Source: Mobula hypostoma
Taxonomy: Eukaryota
NCBI RefSeq assembly: GCF_963921235.1
Contig: NC_086097.1
Span: 29,886,001-29,950,000 of the forward strand
DNA: 64,000 bases
Direction of reading: 5' to 3'
The position numbers and the translations under genes were made by a program. Positions 27,790 to 40,198 of this stretch are shown piece after piece (positions within the stretch are counted from its first letter, which is position 1; every line of letters begins with the position of its first letter). The notes below the pieces were generated by a model. That model saw nothing but the letters and a program-made list of their open reading frames with translations. It was not told where the DNA came from and ran no database searches.

Positions 27790-29279
27790 GTAAGTACAGA
27801 TGGGTTTTATGAGAATATTGCCAGGACTCAAAGGACTGAGATATGGAGGGAGGCTGAGCAGGCTCAGGCATTTTCCATTGGAGTCCAAGAGACTGAAGGG
27901 TGATTTCACTGAATGTTTCGATAGGCATGTAATAAGTAAAATGAATGTGAATCTGAACGACCTTACTTCATCCCCCCTCTTCCACCCACCTACTCTCCCC
28001 CTCCCCTGGTCTCACTGATCACCTGCCTGCTTGAACTCCCTCCCTCCCCCGCCCCACCTACTTATTCTGGCTTCTTCCTCCTTCCTTTCCAGGACTGATG
28101 AAGCGTCTCAGCCCAAAACATGGGCAGCTTATTCCCCTCCACAGATGTTGCCTGACCTGCTGAGTTCCTCCAGCATTTTGTGTGTTGCTCTGGATTTCCA
28201 GCATCTGCAGAATCTCTGTTGTTTCTGACGTTATAAAAGGGGTATAGATCGGGTGAATGCACACAGTCTTCTCCCAGGGTTATGGAATCAAGGACTAGTG
28301 GGCATAGGAGAGGAGGGAGATTTGATAGGAATCTGAGGGGTAGCCTTTTCACACAGAGGGTGGTCAGGATATGGAAGGAGCTGCCAAAAGAAATGGTTGA
28401 AGTAGGTACAATGACAACATTTTAAATCTTTGGATAGCTACCTGGATAGGAAAAGTTTGAAGGAATATGGGTCAAATGCAGGCAAATCAGACTAGCTTTG
28501 ATGGTCAGTATACGATAGTTGGGCTGAAGAGCTTGTTTCCACACGATACGACTCTATGACTCTATGTCACAAGAGACTGTAAATGCTGGAATCTAAAGCA
28601 ACAAACTAGAGCCTTCTTGTCCATATCCTCTTCTCCCTACCACCACTGGGCCAGAGGTACAGAAACCTTAGGTCCCACACCCCTAGGCTCAGGAACCAAT
28701 CCCTTCAACGATCAGACTCCTGAACCGGGATGGATAACTTTGCTCACCTCAATTCTGATCTGATTCTACAACCTATAAACTCACTTTCAAGGACTCATGT
28801 TCTGGGTATTATTTTGCATTTGTGCAGTTTGTCTTCTTTTGCATATGGGTGTTTGTCAGCATAGGCCAGTTGGGCTGAAGGGTCTGCGTCCATGCTGTTT
28901 GACTCTGTGGTCTCTACTCCACCAGTCAATGCCCTGAATGTGATTCATCCCTTATGCATTCCCAGTCTCTGACACTCTCACAGTTCTCTCCCTCCGCATG
29001 TATCCAGTATGTGTCAGACCTCAGGCCTCCCACTATCCTCATCTGTAGGCCTGACCCATATCATTCCCGAGATCCCACCTCAGAGCATTGGTTAGTTGGT
29101 CTAGTTTCTATAATCAGAAGCCAAACCAGCAATGGTTAAGAGTACTGGTGTGCCAGATGCTTAGTAAGATAGCTGGGCCTGGTTAACATTCATTAACTAT
29201 CTTAGTGATCATCTTCAATCTATCACTTTTTCTGGAAGGACATCGTAGAGGGACATTTGCTCTTTATCTATCTAATAGG

Positions 29280-29612
29280 TACTGTTACTGCCCTGAGAGT
29301 GTGTGATGAGACAGTGTTGATGGAGCATCATCTATTCTATATATAACCCTGGGAGCGTGTGATGGGACAGTGTAGAGGGAACTTCATCCTGTGCCTGACC
29401 CATGCTGCTGCTGCTGGGACAGTGCAGATGGATTTCAGGAAATTGAGAATGACTTTATAATAAACCAGTGTCATCCTTACCTGAAGAGTGTGTGACAGGA
29501 CAGTGAAGGTGAAGTATTTTTCTGCATCTACAGGTGTTTCCTACTCTGGGAGTGTTGTTGGGACAGTGTGGAGGCACTTTACTCTGTATCCAACTCACAC
29601 TGTCCCTGTCCC
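29280..29612. repeat. Degenerate minisatellite, reverse orientation of the 45805-46155 array motif
   Basis: Recurrent gggag(t/c)gtgtgatgggacagtgt. Confidence 0.6.
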
Positions 29613-30923
29613 GGAAGAGTTTGATATGACGTAATGTGTAAAAATTGCATTGAAATCCTCCGGGAGACTTCACAAATAATTACCAAAGGTTGTTTACAAT
29701 TCAGAATTCCGAACCACATTGTTACAATTAAATATCCATACCCAGCATTTCAGAACATTAAGGAGCAAACCCTTCCACGTTCTGTACCCCAACCCCGGCA
29801 ATTCCTTCTCTCTGTTTACTTCCCTTTGGAAAGTTGTTACTCGACCAGCTTTCACATAGTTTGTCATTACATTCCAGATCAGAGATCCTGTCTCTGCCTT
29901 AATCCCCTCTGGGTTCTTTGGCATTAGTCTTTAGATACTTTATATGTTATCAGCCTTCCTCGGTTTGGAAATGGTTTCACTCTATCAGCTACATGGGAAA
30001 CCCTCATAATTTTGTACAATCTTCACTACATCTTGCCACAGTCCAATTTCTCCCCTATGGTTTCTCAGCTGTAGTCCCTTATCCTCAACAAGAATTCCTC
30101 TACATCCTTCCTGGAATTGTGTACTGGATCCTACTGAGTGATTTACAAGTGTTTAGCATAGTTCCTTGTTTGTCATTTTAAATATTTGTGTTAGCCTTCT
30201 CAATGATAGATGTTGACCACACATCATGTCAGGGAAACGACTGAAAAACTCGTATAAACTGCCGTCAAATTTTTAATACTAAAAGGAAGTTTTATGCCAG
30301 GTTGACTTTATTCTTCAAACATTGGAGAACTTGGAGCATTAGGGGAAAGTGCTTGCTTGTCCTCTCCAAGGGCGGCAGGCACAGCTGATGTGGTCTCAAG
30401 AGAAGCTGTGGCCATTTAAGGTGATGAATCTTTGGAATCTCCTAGCCCAACAGGCAGTGGAACCTTCATCAGTAAACATGTTCACAGCTGTGATATGAAT
30501 AACAGATTATTAGGCCAAAAGAGACGAGCAGAATTAGACCATTTGGCCCATTGAGCTTGCGTCAACCCATTCTCCTCCCTTCTCTCCAAAACCTTTGGCA
30601 CCCTTACTATGCAGAAAAATATCAACCTCCACTTTAAATATACTCAATGATTTGGCCTCCACAGCCATCTGTGGTAATGAATTCCACTGATTCACCACCC
30701 TCTGGCTAAAGAAGTTCCTCCTCATCTCTATTCTAAAGTGTCATCTTTCTATCCTGAGGCTGTGCCCTCTGGTCCTAGACTCTCCCAGTATTGCAAACAT
30801 CCTCTCCACATCTACTCTATCTAGGCCTTTCAACGAGATCCCCCTTCATTCTTCTAAACATCAGTGAGCAGAGGCCTCAGGCCATCAAATGCTCCTATGT
30901 GTTAACCCTTTCATTCCTGGGAT

Positions 30924-32586
30924 GGTGGGCCCCGCTTTCCGAACGTTTGCTTTACGATACCAAACTGTTATGAAAGACCTACATTAGTTACCTGTTTTCG
31001 CTAACAGAAGGTGTTTTCACTGTTACAAAAAAGGCAGAGCGCGCCCGAACAGCCAAGTTCCTCCCCCGGAACTGCATTCTAGCCGGCATTGCTTGAACAC
31101 GGGCATCTGTTAACAAGATGAGTTCTAAGGTATCGGAAAAGCCTAAAAGAGCTCGTAAGGGTGTTACACTTAGCGTAAAACTAGACATAATTAAGCGTTT
31201 CGATCGTGGTGAACGAAGTAAGGACATTGTCCGTGCATTGAACTTGCCTGCGTCCACCATTCGCACTATTTATACGCAGAGAGAAACGGCGTTTGGTTAT
31301 TCGTTTAACTGTGACGAAACTGCAATTTATTGGAAAAAATTGCCGAGCAAAACATTTATTTCGATAGAAGAAAAGCAGGCTAAGGGACACAAGGCATCGA
31401 AGGACAGGTTTACCCTAATGCCTATTATTAACGCCAATGGTGATGCTGTCCTTAAGCCTCTACTAGTGTATCATTCAGAAAATCCGAGGGTACTTAAAGG
31501 CGTTGATAAGAAAACACTTCCCGTTGTGTTCCGTTCACATCCAAGTGGTCGGAATACCCAAGTGCTTTTTTCTGAGTACATGAGTGGATACGTTAGTCCT
31601 TTTGTTGAAAAATACTGTAGAGAAAATAACCTCGATAATAGGTGCCTTGTGATCGTCGATAATTGTGCTGCTCATCCGCCTGGCATTACCGAGTATGGCG
31701 GTAACATTCGTCTTGCGTTCTTATCGCCAAATACGACATCGTTGCTGCAGCCATGCGACCAAGGCCTAATAGCCACAGTTAAGGCTTACTATACGCAAAA
31801 CGTGATGCGTTTTGTTGTAAGTATCACTGACAGAGAGGACAACTCCGAAGCGTCTTTGTGAAAGATCGGGAAAGAATACAATATAAAATTGGCAATCGCC
31901 AACATTGGAGATGCTCTCGACAGGCTAACAGTCTCGATGAGAAATGGCTTTTGGAGGAAACTGTGTCCCGAAGCAGTGAACGATTTTTAAAGGCTTCGAA
32001 CCATCAACAATAAAAACGGCAATAGTGAGTTTGGCTACTGTACATACATTATTTCTACTTTATATAGGCTGTGCATTTTTATGCGTTATTTGGTATGATT
32101 TGACAGCTTCATAGCTTAAAGGTTACTGGAGAGAAAGTTTCCGCGGAGAGCGCTTCCGCCAAGAGTGCTGCCGTGATATTTTCGCTGCGATAGACAGTGC
32201 CGAAAAATATTTCTACGTTATATAGGCTGTGTATTTTATGCGTTATTTGATATGATTTGGCAGCTTCATAGCTTAAAGGTTACTGGAGAGAGTGTTTCTG
32301 CCGAGAGCGCTGCTGTGAGATTTTCGCTGCGCTAGACGGTGCTGAAAAGTATTTCTACTTTATATAGGCTGTATATTTATCGTATCATTCCTGCTTTTAC
32401 TATATGTTAGTGTTATTTTAGGTTTTATGTGTTATTTGGCATGATTTTGTAGGGTTTTTTTGGGTTTGGGAACGCTCAAAATTTTTCCCTTATTAATAAA
32501 TGGTAATTGCTCATTCACTTTACAACATTTCGGCTTACGAACCGTTTTATAGGAACACTCTACCTTCGGATAGCGGGGGAAACCTG
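30924..32586 (+). mobile_element. Tigger/pogo (TIGD-like) DNA transposon, internally deleted
   Basis: 247 aa ORF 31118-31861 with psq-type HTH and NCDET / IVDNC / QPCDQG motifs; TIR remnants ccccgctttccgaa and ttcggatagcgggggaaacctg; inserted into a - strand CR1 fragment. Confidence 0.9.
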
Positions 32587-32764
32587 GGTATTCTCATTAA
32601 ACTATACACTCTCTCCAATACCAGCACATCCTTTAATAGCTAAGGGATCCAAAACTATACACAGTACTCCAAATGTAGTCTGACCAATTCATATAAAGCC
32701 TCAGCATTATATTCTAGTCCTCTCCAAATGAATGCTAACATTGCATTTGCCTTCGTCTTCCTTA

Positions 32765-33465
32765 CTTGTGCATGAATCACAAAAGGTTGGTTTGCAGGTG
32801 CAGCAGGCTATCAAGAAAGCAAATGGACTGTTAGCCTTCATTGCTAGAGGGATTGAATTTAAGAGCAAGGAGGTTATGCAGCAACTGTACAGGGTACTGG
32901 TGAGGCTGCGTCTGGAGTACTGTGTGCAGTCCTGGTCTCCTTACTTGAGGAAGGATATACTGACTTTGGAGGCAGTGCAGAGGAGGTTCACTAGGTTGAT
33001 TCCAGAGATGAGGGGGTTAGACAGGAGGAGAGATTGAGTCGCCTGGGACTGTGCTCGCTGGAATTCAGAAGAATGAGAAGAGGTCTTATAGAAACATGTA
33101 AAATTATGAAAGGGGATAGATAAGATAGAGGCAGGAAAGTTGTTTCCACTAGTAAGTGAGACTAGAACTAGGGAACATAGCTTCAAGATTTGGGGGAGTA
33201 GATTTAGGACGGAGATGGGAGGAACTGCGTTTCCCGGAGAGTGGTGAATCTGTGGAATTCTCTGCCCAATGAAGCAGTGGGGGCTATCTCAGTAAATATA
33301 TTTAAGACAAGGTTGGATAGATTTTTGCATAGTAGGGAAATTGAGGGTTATGGGGAAAAGACAGGCAGGTGGAGATGAGTCCATGGCCAGATCAGCCATG
33401 ATCTTATTCAATGGTGGAGCAGGCTCGACAGGCCAGATGGCCTGCTCCTGCTCCTATTTCTTCAC
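32765..33465 (+). mobile_element. CR1 LINE 3' fragment
   Basis: KKANGLLAFIARGIEFKS, LEYCVQ.WSP, VQRRFTRLIP and CR1 3' UTR. Confidence 0.9.
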
Positions 33466-33777
33466 TTACTACCAACCAATCTGCATGTTAACTTTAGGGA
33501 TTCCTGCGCTCCCAACTCTCTTTGCACCTCCAATTTCTGAATATTGGAAATCCGACACAGAGAAGGTGGTTAAAACAGAAAATGCTGGACAAACCCAGCA
33601 TCTGTGGATAGAGAATTGAGTGCATTCATTTCATTACCACCACCCCATTGTATGAATAACTGTTCTGTTTAGAAGTTCATAAGATTATCAGAGGCATAGA
33701 TAGGGCGGACAGTCAGTATCATTTCCCCAGGGTCTAAATATCAAATATTAGATGATGTACATCTAAGGTGAGAGGGG

Positions 33778-34002
33778 AACACACATCAAAGTTGCTGGTG
33801 AACGCAGCAGGCCAGGCAGCATCTATAGGAAGAGGCGCAGTCGACGTTTCAGGCCGAGACCCTTCGTCAGGACTCCTGACGAAGGGTCTCGGCCTGAAAC
33901 GTCGACTGCGCCTCTTCCTATAGATGCTGCCTGGCCTGCTGCGTTCACCAGCAACTTTGATGTGTGTTGCTTGAATTTCCAGCATCAGCAGAATTCCTGT
34001 TG
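33778..34002. mobile_element. Penelope-like terminal-repeat insertion forming a perfect 191 bp palindrome (33778-33968)
   Basis: 95 bp arms with zero mismatches around a 1 nt centre at 33873; 14 bp direct repeat TAAGGTGAGAGGGG at 33764-33777 and 34003-34016. Confidence 0.8.
33839..33874 (-). ncRNA. Minimal type I hammerhead ribozyme motif (mirror copy with weaker stem I on the + strand, ~33872-33907)
   Basis: Minus strand reads AGUC-CUGACGA-AGG(GUCUCGG)CCU-GAAA-C-GUC-GACU: catalytic core, stem I AGUC/GACU, stem II AGG/CCU, loopless palindromic stem III (ACGU). Confidence 0.7.
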
Positions 34003-36359
34003 TAAGGTGAGAGGGGGAAGGTTTAGAACATGAACCATTACAGCACAGTTCAGGTCCTCAATCTTGCGCCAACCTTTTAACCTACTCCAAGGTCAAATTA
34101 CCCCTTCCCTCCCACCTAGCCCTTTATTTTTCTCTCATCCATGTACCAATCTAAGAGTTTCTTCAATTTCCCTCATGTATCTGCCCCTACCACCACCTCT
34201 GGCAGGATATCCCATGTACCCACCACTCTGTGTGTAAAAAGCATACCTCTGACATCTCCCATGTACTCCAATCACTTTAACATATACCCCCTGATATTAG
34301 CCATTTCTGCCCTGGAAAAAGGTCTCTGGCTATTGATATTGATATCGGCCTATGCCTCTTAGCATCTTGTGCACCTTTGCAAAGTTGCCTCTTATCATCC
34401 TCCAGTCGAGAGGGAAAAGCCCCAGCTTGCTGGAGCTGGTTTAAAGGAGATGTGTGGAGCAAGTTCTTTACAGAGAATAGTGGGTACCTGTCAGGGTTGG
34501 TAGCGTTCTTTTAGAAAGAGAAAACTCAATAAAGAGTCCTGATTGAATCTTTATCGATACACCACTAAAAGCAATGTCAGCATGTATTGTGGCTTTGTAT
34601 GACAGCTGCTCTGCATGTGACCGTGAGAAGCTGCAGAGGATTGAGGACAGAGCTCAGAACATCACAGGAACCAGCCTCCCCTCCGTGGGACTCTGTCTAT
34701 ACTGCTCACTGCCTCAGTAAGACCCCACCCATCCCGGGCATTCTCTCCCCTCCCTCCCATCAGGCAGAAGATACAACAGCATGAAAGCATGTATCACAAG
34801 GCTCGGGGCAGCTTCTATCCTGAGTTATGTGCAATGAAAGGATAAAATGGGCTCATGGCTTTACAATCTGCTTCATTATGATCTTGCACTTTCGTTTACC
34901 TGCACTACATTTTTTTGGTAGCTTTCACACTTCATTTTATTTGTCTTTTTTTAATTTAGAGATACAGCGCAATATCAGGCCTTTCTGGCCCAATGAGCCC
35001 ATGCTGCCCAGTTACGCCCATGCTGCCCAGTTACGCCCGTGCTGCCCAATGATGCCCGTGCTGCCCAATGACACCCATGTGACCAATTACAGACAATGGA
35101 ATTTTTGGAATATGAGAGGAAAGCAGAGCACCCAGACATACAAACTCCTTACAGACAGTAGCGGGAATTGAACCGGGGTCACTGGTGCTGTAATAGCATT
35201 ACACTAACGATTTTGCTACCGTCAGCTGTCTGGTTATGAATTTGCCTTGTGCGACCTCAATGCACTGTGTAAATACCAGATCTGTATGCACAATAGGCAA
35301 GGCAAGCCTTCCACGGTATCTGGGTACTTGCGACAATAATAAGCCAATGCTAGTACCTATGTGGATTATGTGCAGGAAAAGGGGGTTTACTTTAATTTGG
35401 CATTATGGTCGGCACAGATATTATGGGCCAAAGGGCCTGTTCCTGTGTTGCACTGTTCTATGATTATCAGATTGGCAGGATATAACCAGCAAGATCACCA
35501 TTATGCCATTCAGAGTCTGTTGTTAGCCCACACCTGGAATATCATGAGCAGTTATGGTCGTCATATTAAAGGATAAACAGATTGTATAGAGATTAGCTTT
35601 ATTGATCACATGTACTTTGAAACATAGTATTGTTTTACATCAAATCAAATCGGTGCATATGTGCTGGGGGCAGCCTGCAAGTGTTGCCATACTTCCGGTA
35701 CCAATATGGCATGCCCACAACTTACTGACCCTAACTGTGCATCTTTGGAACGTGTAAGGCATGTAACATTAGACAAATTGAATTTAAAATTAATCTTTTT
35801 ATTTAGATACATGGACGATAGGGGTATGGAAGGCTATTGTCCCAGTGCAGGTTGATGGGAGCAGGCAGGTTAAATGATTTGGCATGGACTAGATGGGCTG
35901 AAGGGCCTGTTTCCATCCTGTATTTTTTCTATGACTCTATGACTCAGTCATGGGGAGAACGTATAAACTCCTTATAAACAGTGCTGTAAAGCATCACGGT
36001 AGGCACTAAGCTGCTGTGCCCAAGGAATGATGTGATTAAACTAGGAAACTGTGTAGAAAACATTCACTAGGATGTTGCCAGGACTGGAGGCCTGAGATAT
36101 AAGGAGAGACTCTGGAAAGAGTTTTCCCTGGAGCCGAGGGGGTGTCCTTAAAGAAATAAAGTCATGAAGGGTATAGATAGGCAAGATAATCACAGTCTTT
36201 TCCCCAGGGTAAAACTAGATGGCACAAGTTTAAGGTGGGTCAAAGTCAATGTCAAGTTTATTTGTACACAGGTGCAATGAAAACTTACTTGCAACAGCAT
36301 CACTGGCACAAAGCAGCAGATAAGCAGCATTCACAAGAAAAACACAAACATGAATTATG

Positions 36360-37373
36360 CATGATTCCGCAGGGATCAGTGTGGGGACCACTTCTTTTTG
36401 TGCTGTATATAAATGATTTAGATGATGGAATAGATGGCTTTGTTGCCAAGTTTGCAGATGATATGAAGATTGGTGGAGATGCAGGTAGCGTTGAGGAAAC
36501 AGGTAGGATGAAGAAGGACTTAGACAGATTAGGAGAATGGGCAAGGAAGTGGCAAATGAAATACAATGTTGAAAAATGCATAGTCCTGCACTTTGGTAGT
36601 AGAAATAAGTGTGCAGACTATTTTCTAAACAGGGAGAAAATATAGGAATCTGAGATGCAGAGGGACTTGGGAGCCCTTGTGCAGAACACTTTGAAGGTTA
36701 ACTTGCAGGTTGAGTTGGTGGTGAGGAAGGCAAATGCCATGAGGTCTAGGTGTCTAGAATACAAGAGCAAGGATGTGATGCTGAGGCTTTATAAGGCACA
36801 AATGAGGCCTCACCTTGTGTATTGTGAACAGTTTTGGGCCCCTCATCTTTGAGAAGATGTGCTGGCATTGGAGAGGGTCCAGAGGTTCACAAGGGTGATT
36901 CCAGGAATGAAAGAGTTATTGTACGAGGAATGCTTAATGACTCTGGGCCTGTACTCGCTGGAATTCAGAAGAATCAGGGGGGATCTCATTGAAATCTTTC
37001 AAATGTTGAAAGCCTAGACAGAGCAGATTTGGAAAGGATGTTCCCCATGATGGTAGAGTCTAGGGCAAGAGGGCACAGTCTTAGGCTAGAGGGGCGACCA
37101 TTTAAAACAGAGATGTGGAGAAATTTCTTTAGCCAAAGGGTGGTGAATTTGTGGAATTTGTTGCCACATGTAGCTGTGGAGGCCAGGTCATTGGGTGTAT
37201 TTAACGCAGAGATTGACAGGTTCTTGATTGGACATGGCATCAAAGGTTATGGTGAGTAGGCCGGGAACTGGGGTTGAGGAGGGGATAGAAAAAAGGATCA
37301 GCCATGATTGAATGCGGAGCAGACTCGATGGGCCAGATGGCCTAATTCTGCTCCTGTGTCTTATGGTCTTATG
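36360..37373 (+). mobile_element. CR1 LINE 3' fragment from the PQG motif to the tail
   Basis: IPQGSVWGPLLFVLYINDLD, KFADD, WQMKYN, RPHL; tail tcttatggtcttatg. Confidence 0.9.
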
Positions 37374-38114
37374 ACCTTTAGAAGAAAACTCGATTAGAAC
37401 AGAAAAAAAGCAAACTCTGTTTTAGTACAAAGTGATCAGTGGTTATTATGTTGATAACATACAGTGATTAAGGGTTTGCCACTTTGTTCATGAACCAAAA
37501 GGTAGAATGAAAGTAGTTGTTCTTGAACTGAGTGATGTGGGACTTCAGGTTTCTCGTGCCCTGTGGTAGATGGTCATTATTGGAATGGCTTGGATAGTGG
37601 GGATACCACACTGTTTGTATATTCTATAGAAGTCTCCTCTCATTTCATCCTCAAATCCCATCCTTCTGTTCTTCGTGTGTGTTTGTGCAGTTTATATGGA
37701 ATCATAGAATGTGAATTCCATTCCCAACTCAGGTCAAGGTCACAGTTGAATTTATTGTCATCTGCACAAGTTTATATGTGCACAGGTGCAATGAAAAACT
37801 AACTTACAGCAGCATTACAGGCATACAGCATCAAGATACACAACATTCACAAGAAAAAAACATAACTTAAAAATAATTCCTATACAATCTTTACAAGACA
37901 AAACAATTAGAAGAAAAAATATCCATTTTAGTGCAAGGTAACCAAAGTGATCATTATGTTGCTAAAATATAGTGATTAGGGTTGTGCTGGTTGGTTCAAG
38001 ATCAGAATGGTTGAAGGGAAGTAGCTGTTCTTGAATTAGTGGTGTGGGACTTCAGGCTTCTGTACCTCCTATCCAATGATGAATGTGAGAAGATGGCATG
38101 GCCTGGGTGCAACC

Positions 38115-39840
38115 ATCTATCAGAAGAAGCTGTAGAAGTGGGTCGTCTTCTTCATGTGCCTTGCGTGTTACATGCTTGGGCGATCATGGCTCTCCACATC
38201 GAACGATCTATATTTTCTTCTTTGCCTTCCTCTTCTGCGTTTCCCAGGCATACGGCCTTGTAATGTAAGGCATTCTATTTCTCCCTTTCTGATGACATGG
38301 CCCAGGAATTTAAGTTTCCTCTCATTTAATGTTCTCATTAAAAATCTTCTTGTATGGGCACGTTGGAGTACTGTCTCATTAGTTACCCTATCCCTATATG
38401 ATATTTTCAGCATTCTTCTAAGAAACCACATTTCTGTTGCTTCTAAGTTTCTTTGGAGTTCTGGTGTTAATAGTCCAAACTATAACACCAGAAGCATACA
38501 GCAAGATTGACCAGATGTAACATTTTAGTAGCCTAAGCCTTGTTGTCATAGAAATGTGTCTGTTGGTAAAAAATGGGTTTCATTTTTTGGAAGTTGGTTT
38601 TGGCAAAGGCAATTCTTTTTATTTCTACTTTACTTCTAGCATCTTGTGATATAAAGCTATCAAGGTAATTAAAGCTGGTCTTTTGTTCAATCTCTTGGTT
38701 ACCGATGTACAATTGGCAATTGGGAATATCCTGCTGTTTTGATATGACCATACATTTATTTTTTTTTACAGTTGATGGTTAGACCAAAATCTGCACTTGT
38801 TTGTACTACTTTGTCTAGGAGGATTTGTAGGTCTTCTGCAGCACTTGCTATTAGGGTGGTATCGTCGGCATATCTTATATTGTTGATGTTAACACCTCCA
38901 ATTTTTATCCCATCTAGGTCTTCTATTTCTCTGAGAATCATTTCACTATAGATATTAAATAATTCCAGTGAGGCAACACATCCCTGTCTAACTCCCCTTT
39001 GAAACTTAGTCCAACTACTTATATTATCATCAATTTTTACCGCCGCTGCTTGATTCCAATATAAATTTTGAAGCAGTTGTTGGTCCCTTCCGACTATGTT
39101 TAGTTTAGCGAGAATTTGAAATATTTTTTCATGTTGCACTTTTTCGAATGCTTTAATGAAATCAATAGATGCTGCTTGGCCTGCTGCGTTCACCAGCAAC
39201 TTTGATGTATGTTGCTTGAATTTCCAGCATCTGCAGAATTCCTGTTGTTTGCGTAAAACATAAAAAGACATCATTTTGATATTCAATTGCACTTTCTGAA
39301 AGCATTTGTAGTATGAAAATTGCGTTCCTAGTTCCTCTCTCTTCAATAAATCAATACTGCAGTTTAGAAGTTTCTGGCTTTAACTTGTTTTTAATTCGAC
39401 TCAGAACAATTCTCAACAAAATCTTTATTATGTGACTCATAAGACTGATTGTTCTAGAATTTTCGCAGTCAATAGTTCCAGGAGTTTTTGGCAGAGTTAT
39501 AAATGCTGATTTCAAGAGATCGTCAGGCAATACACCAGACCCCTATATGCCATTAAACAGTTCAAAAAGAATATCTATGCCCAGATCTTCGAGGGCTTGT
39601 ATCATTTCCACTGAAATTTCATCAGATCCAGTGGCTTTACCATGTTTCATGCTTTTCATTGCTTTAGTTATTTCTTCTTTGGTAATAGGTGGACCAGAAT
39701 TAGGGTGTTTAATATCTGGGGGTTCCCCTTTATTGTCTTCAAAAAGCTGTTCTATATACTGAATCCACCTCTCACATACTTTATCTGGATCTGTTAGTAT
39801 GGATCTGTCTGCTGATCTTATGCATCCTGTAGAGGAGTGT
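38115..39840 (-). mobile_element. RTE-clade LINE fragment, decayed, with an ~87 bp Penelope-type insert at ~39165-39250
   Basis: GKATGSDEISVE, GVRQGC, IRYADDTTLIA, FNYL.S.I, MWFLRRMLKISYRDRVTNETVL, GRMPGKRRRGR. Confidence 0.85.
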
Positions 39841-40198
39841 ACAATGTAGAAATGGGTACAATTACAATTTTTAAAGACATTTGGACAGGTACATGGATAG
39901 CAGAGGTTTAGAGGGATACAAGCCATATGCCTTACTGCTGCTTGTGTCTGGGAGGGGGAGTTGGGGGGGCTTTGGGGTTCTAATGTTTTAACTGTCATTC
40001 ATTCTTTGGGGCACTCCTCTGTTTTCGTGGATGTTTGCGAAGAAAAAGAATTTCAGGATGTATATTGTATACATTTCTCTGACTAAATGTGCCTATTGAT
40101 ATGCAGGCAAATGGGACTAGCACAGGATAGTACATTGGTCAGCATGGACGAATTGGGTTTCTCTGTACCACGTAACCCTATGAATCTACAAATCCATC

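Noticed and set aside
32600..32960. Head-to-head CR1 fragments resembling a foldback
   Set aside because: The two sides are clearly diverged subfamily copies, so adjacent independent insertions explain it adequately.
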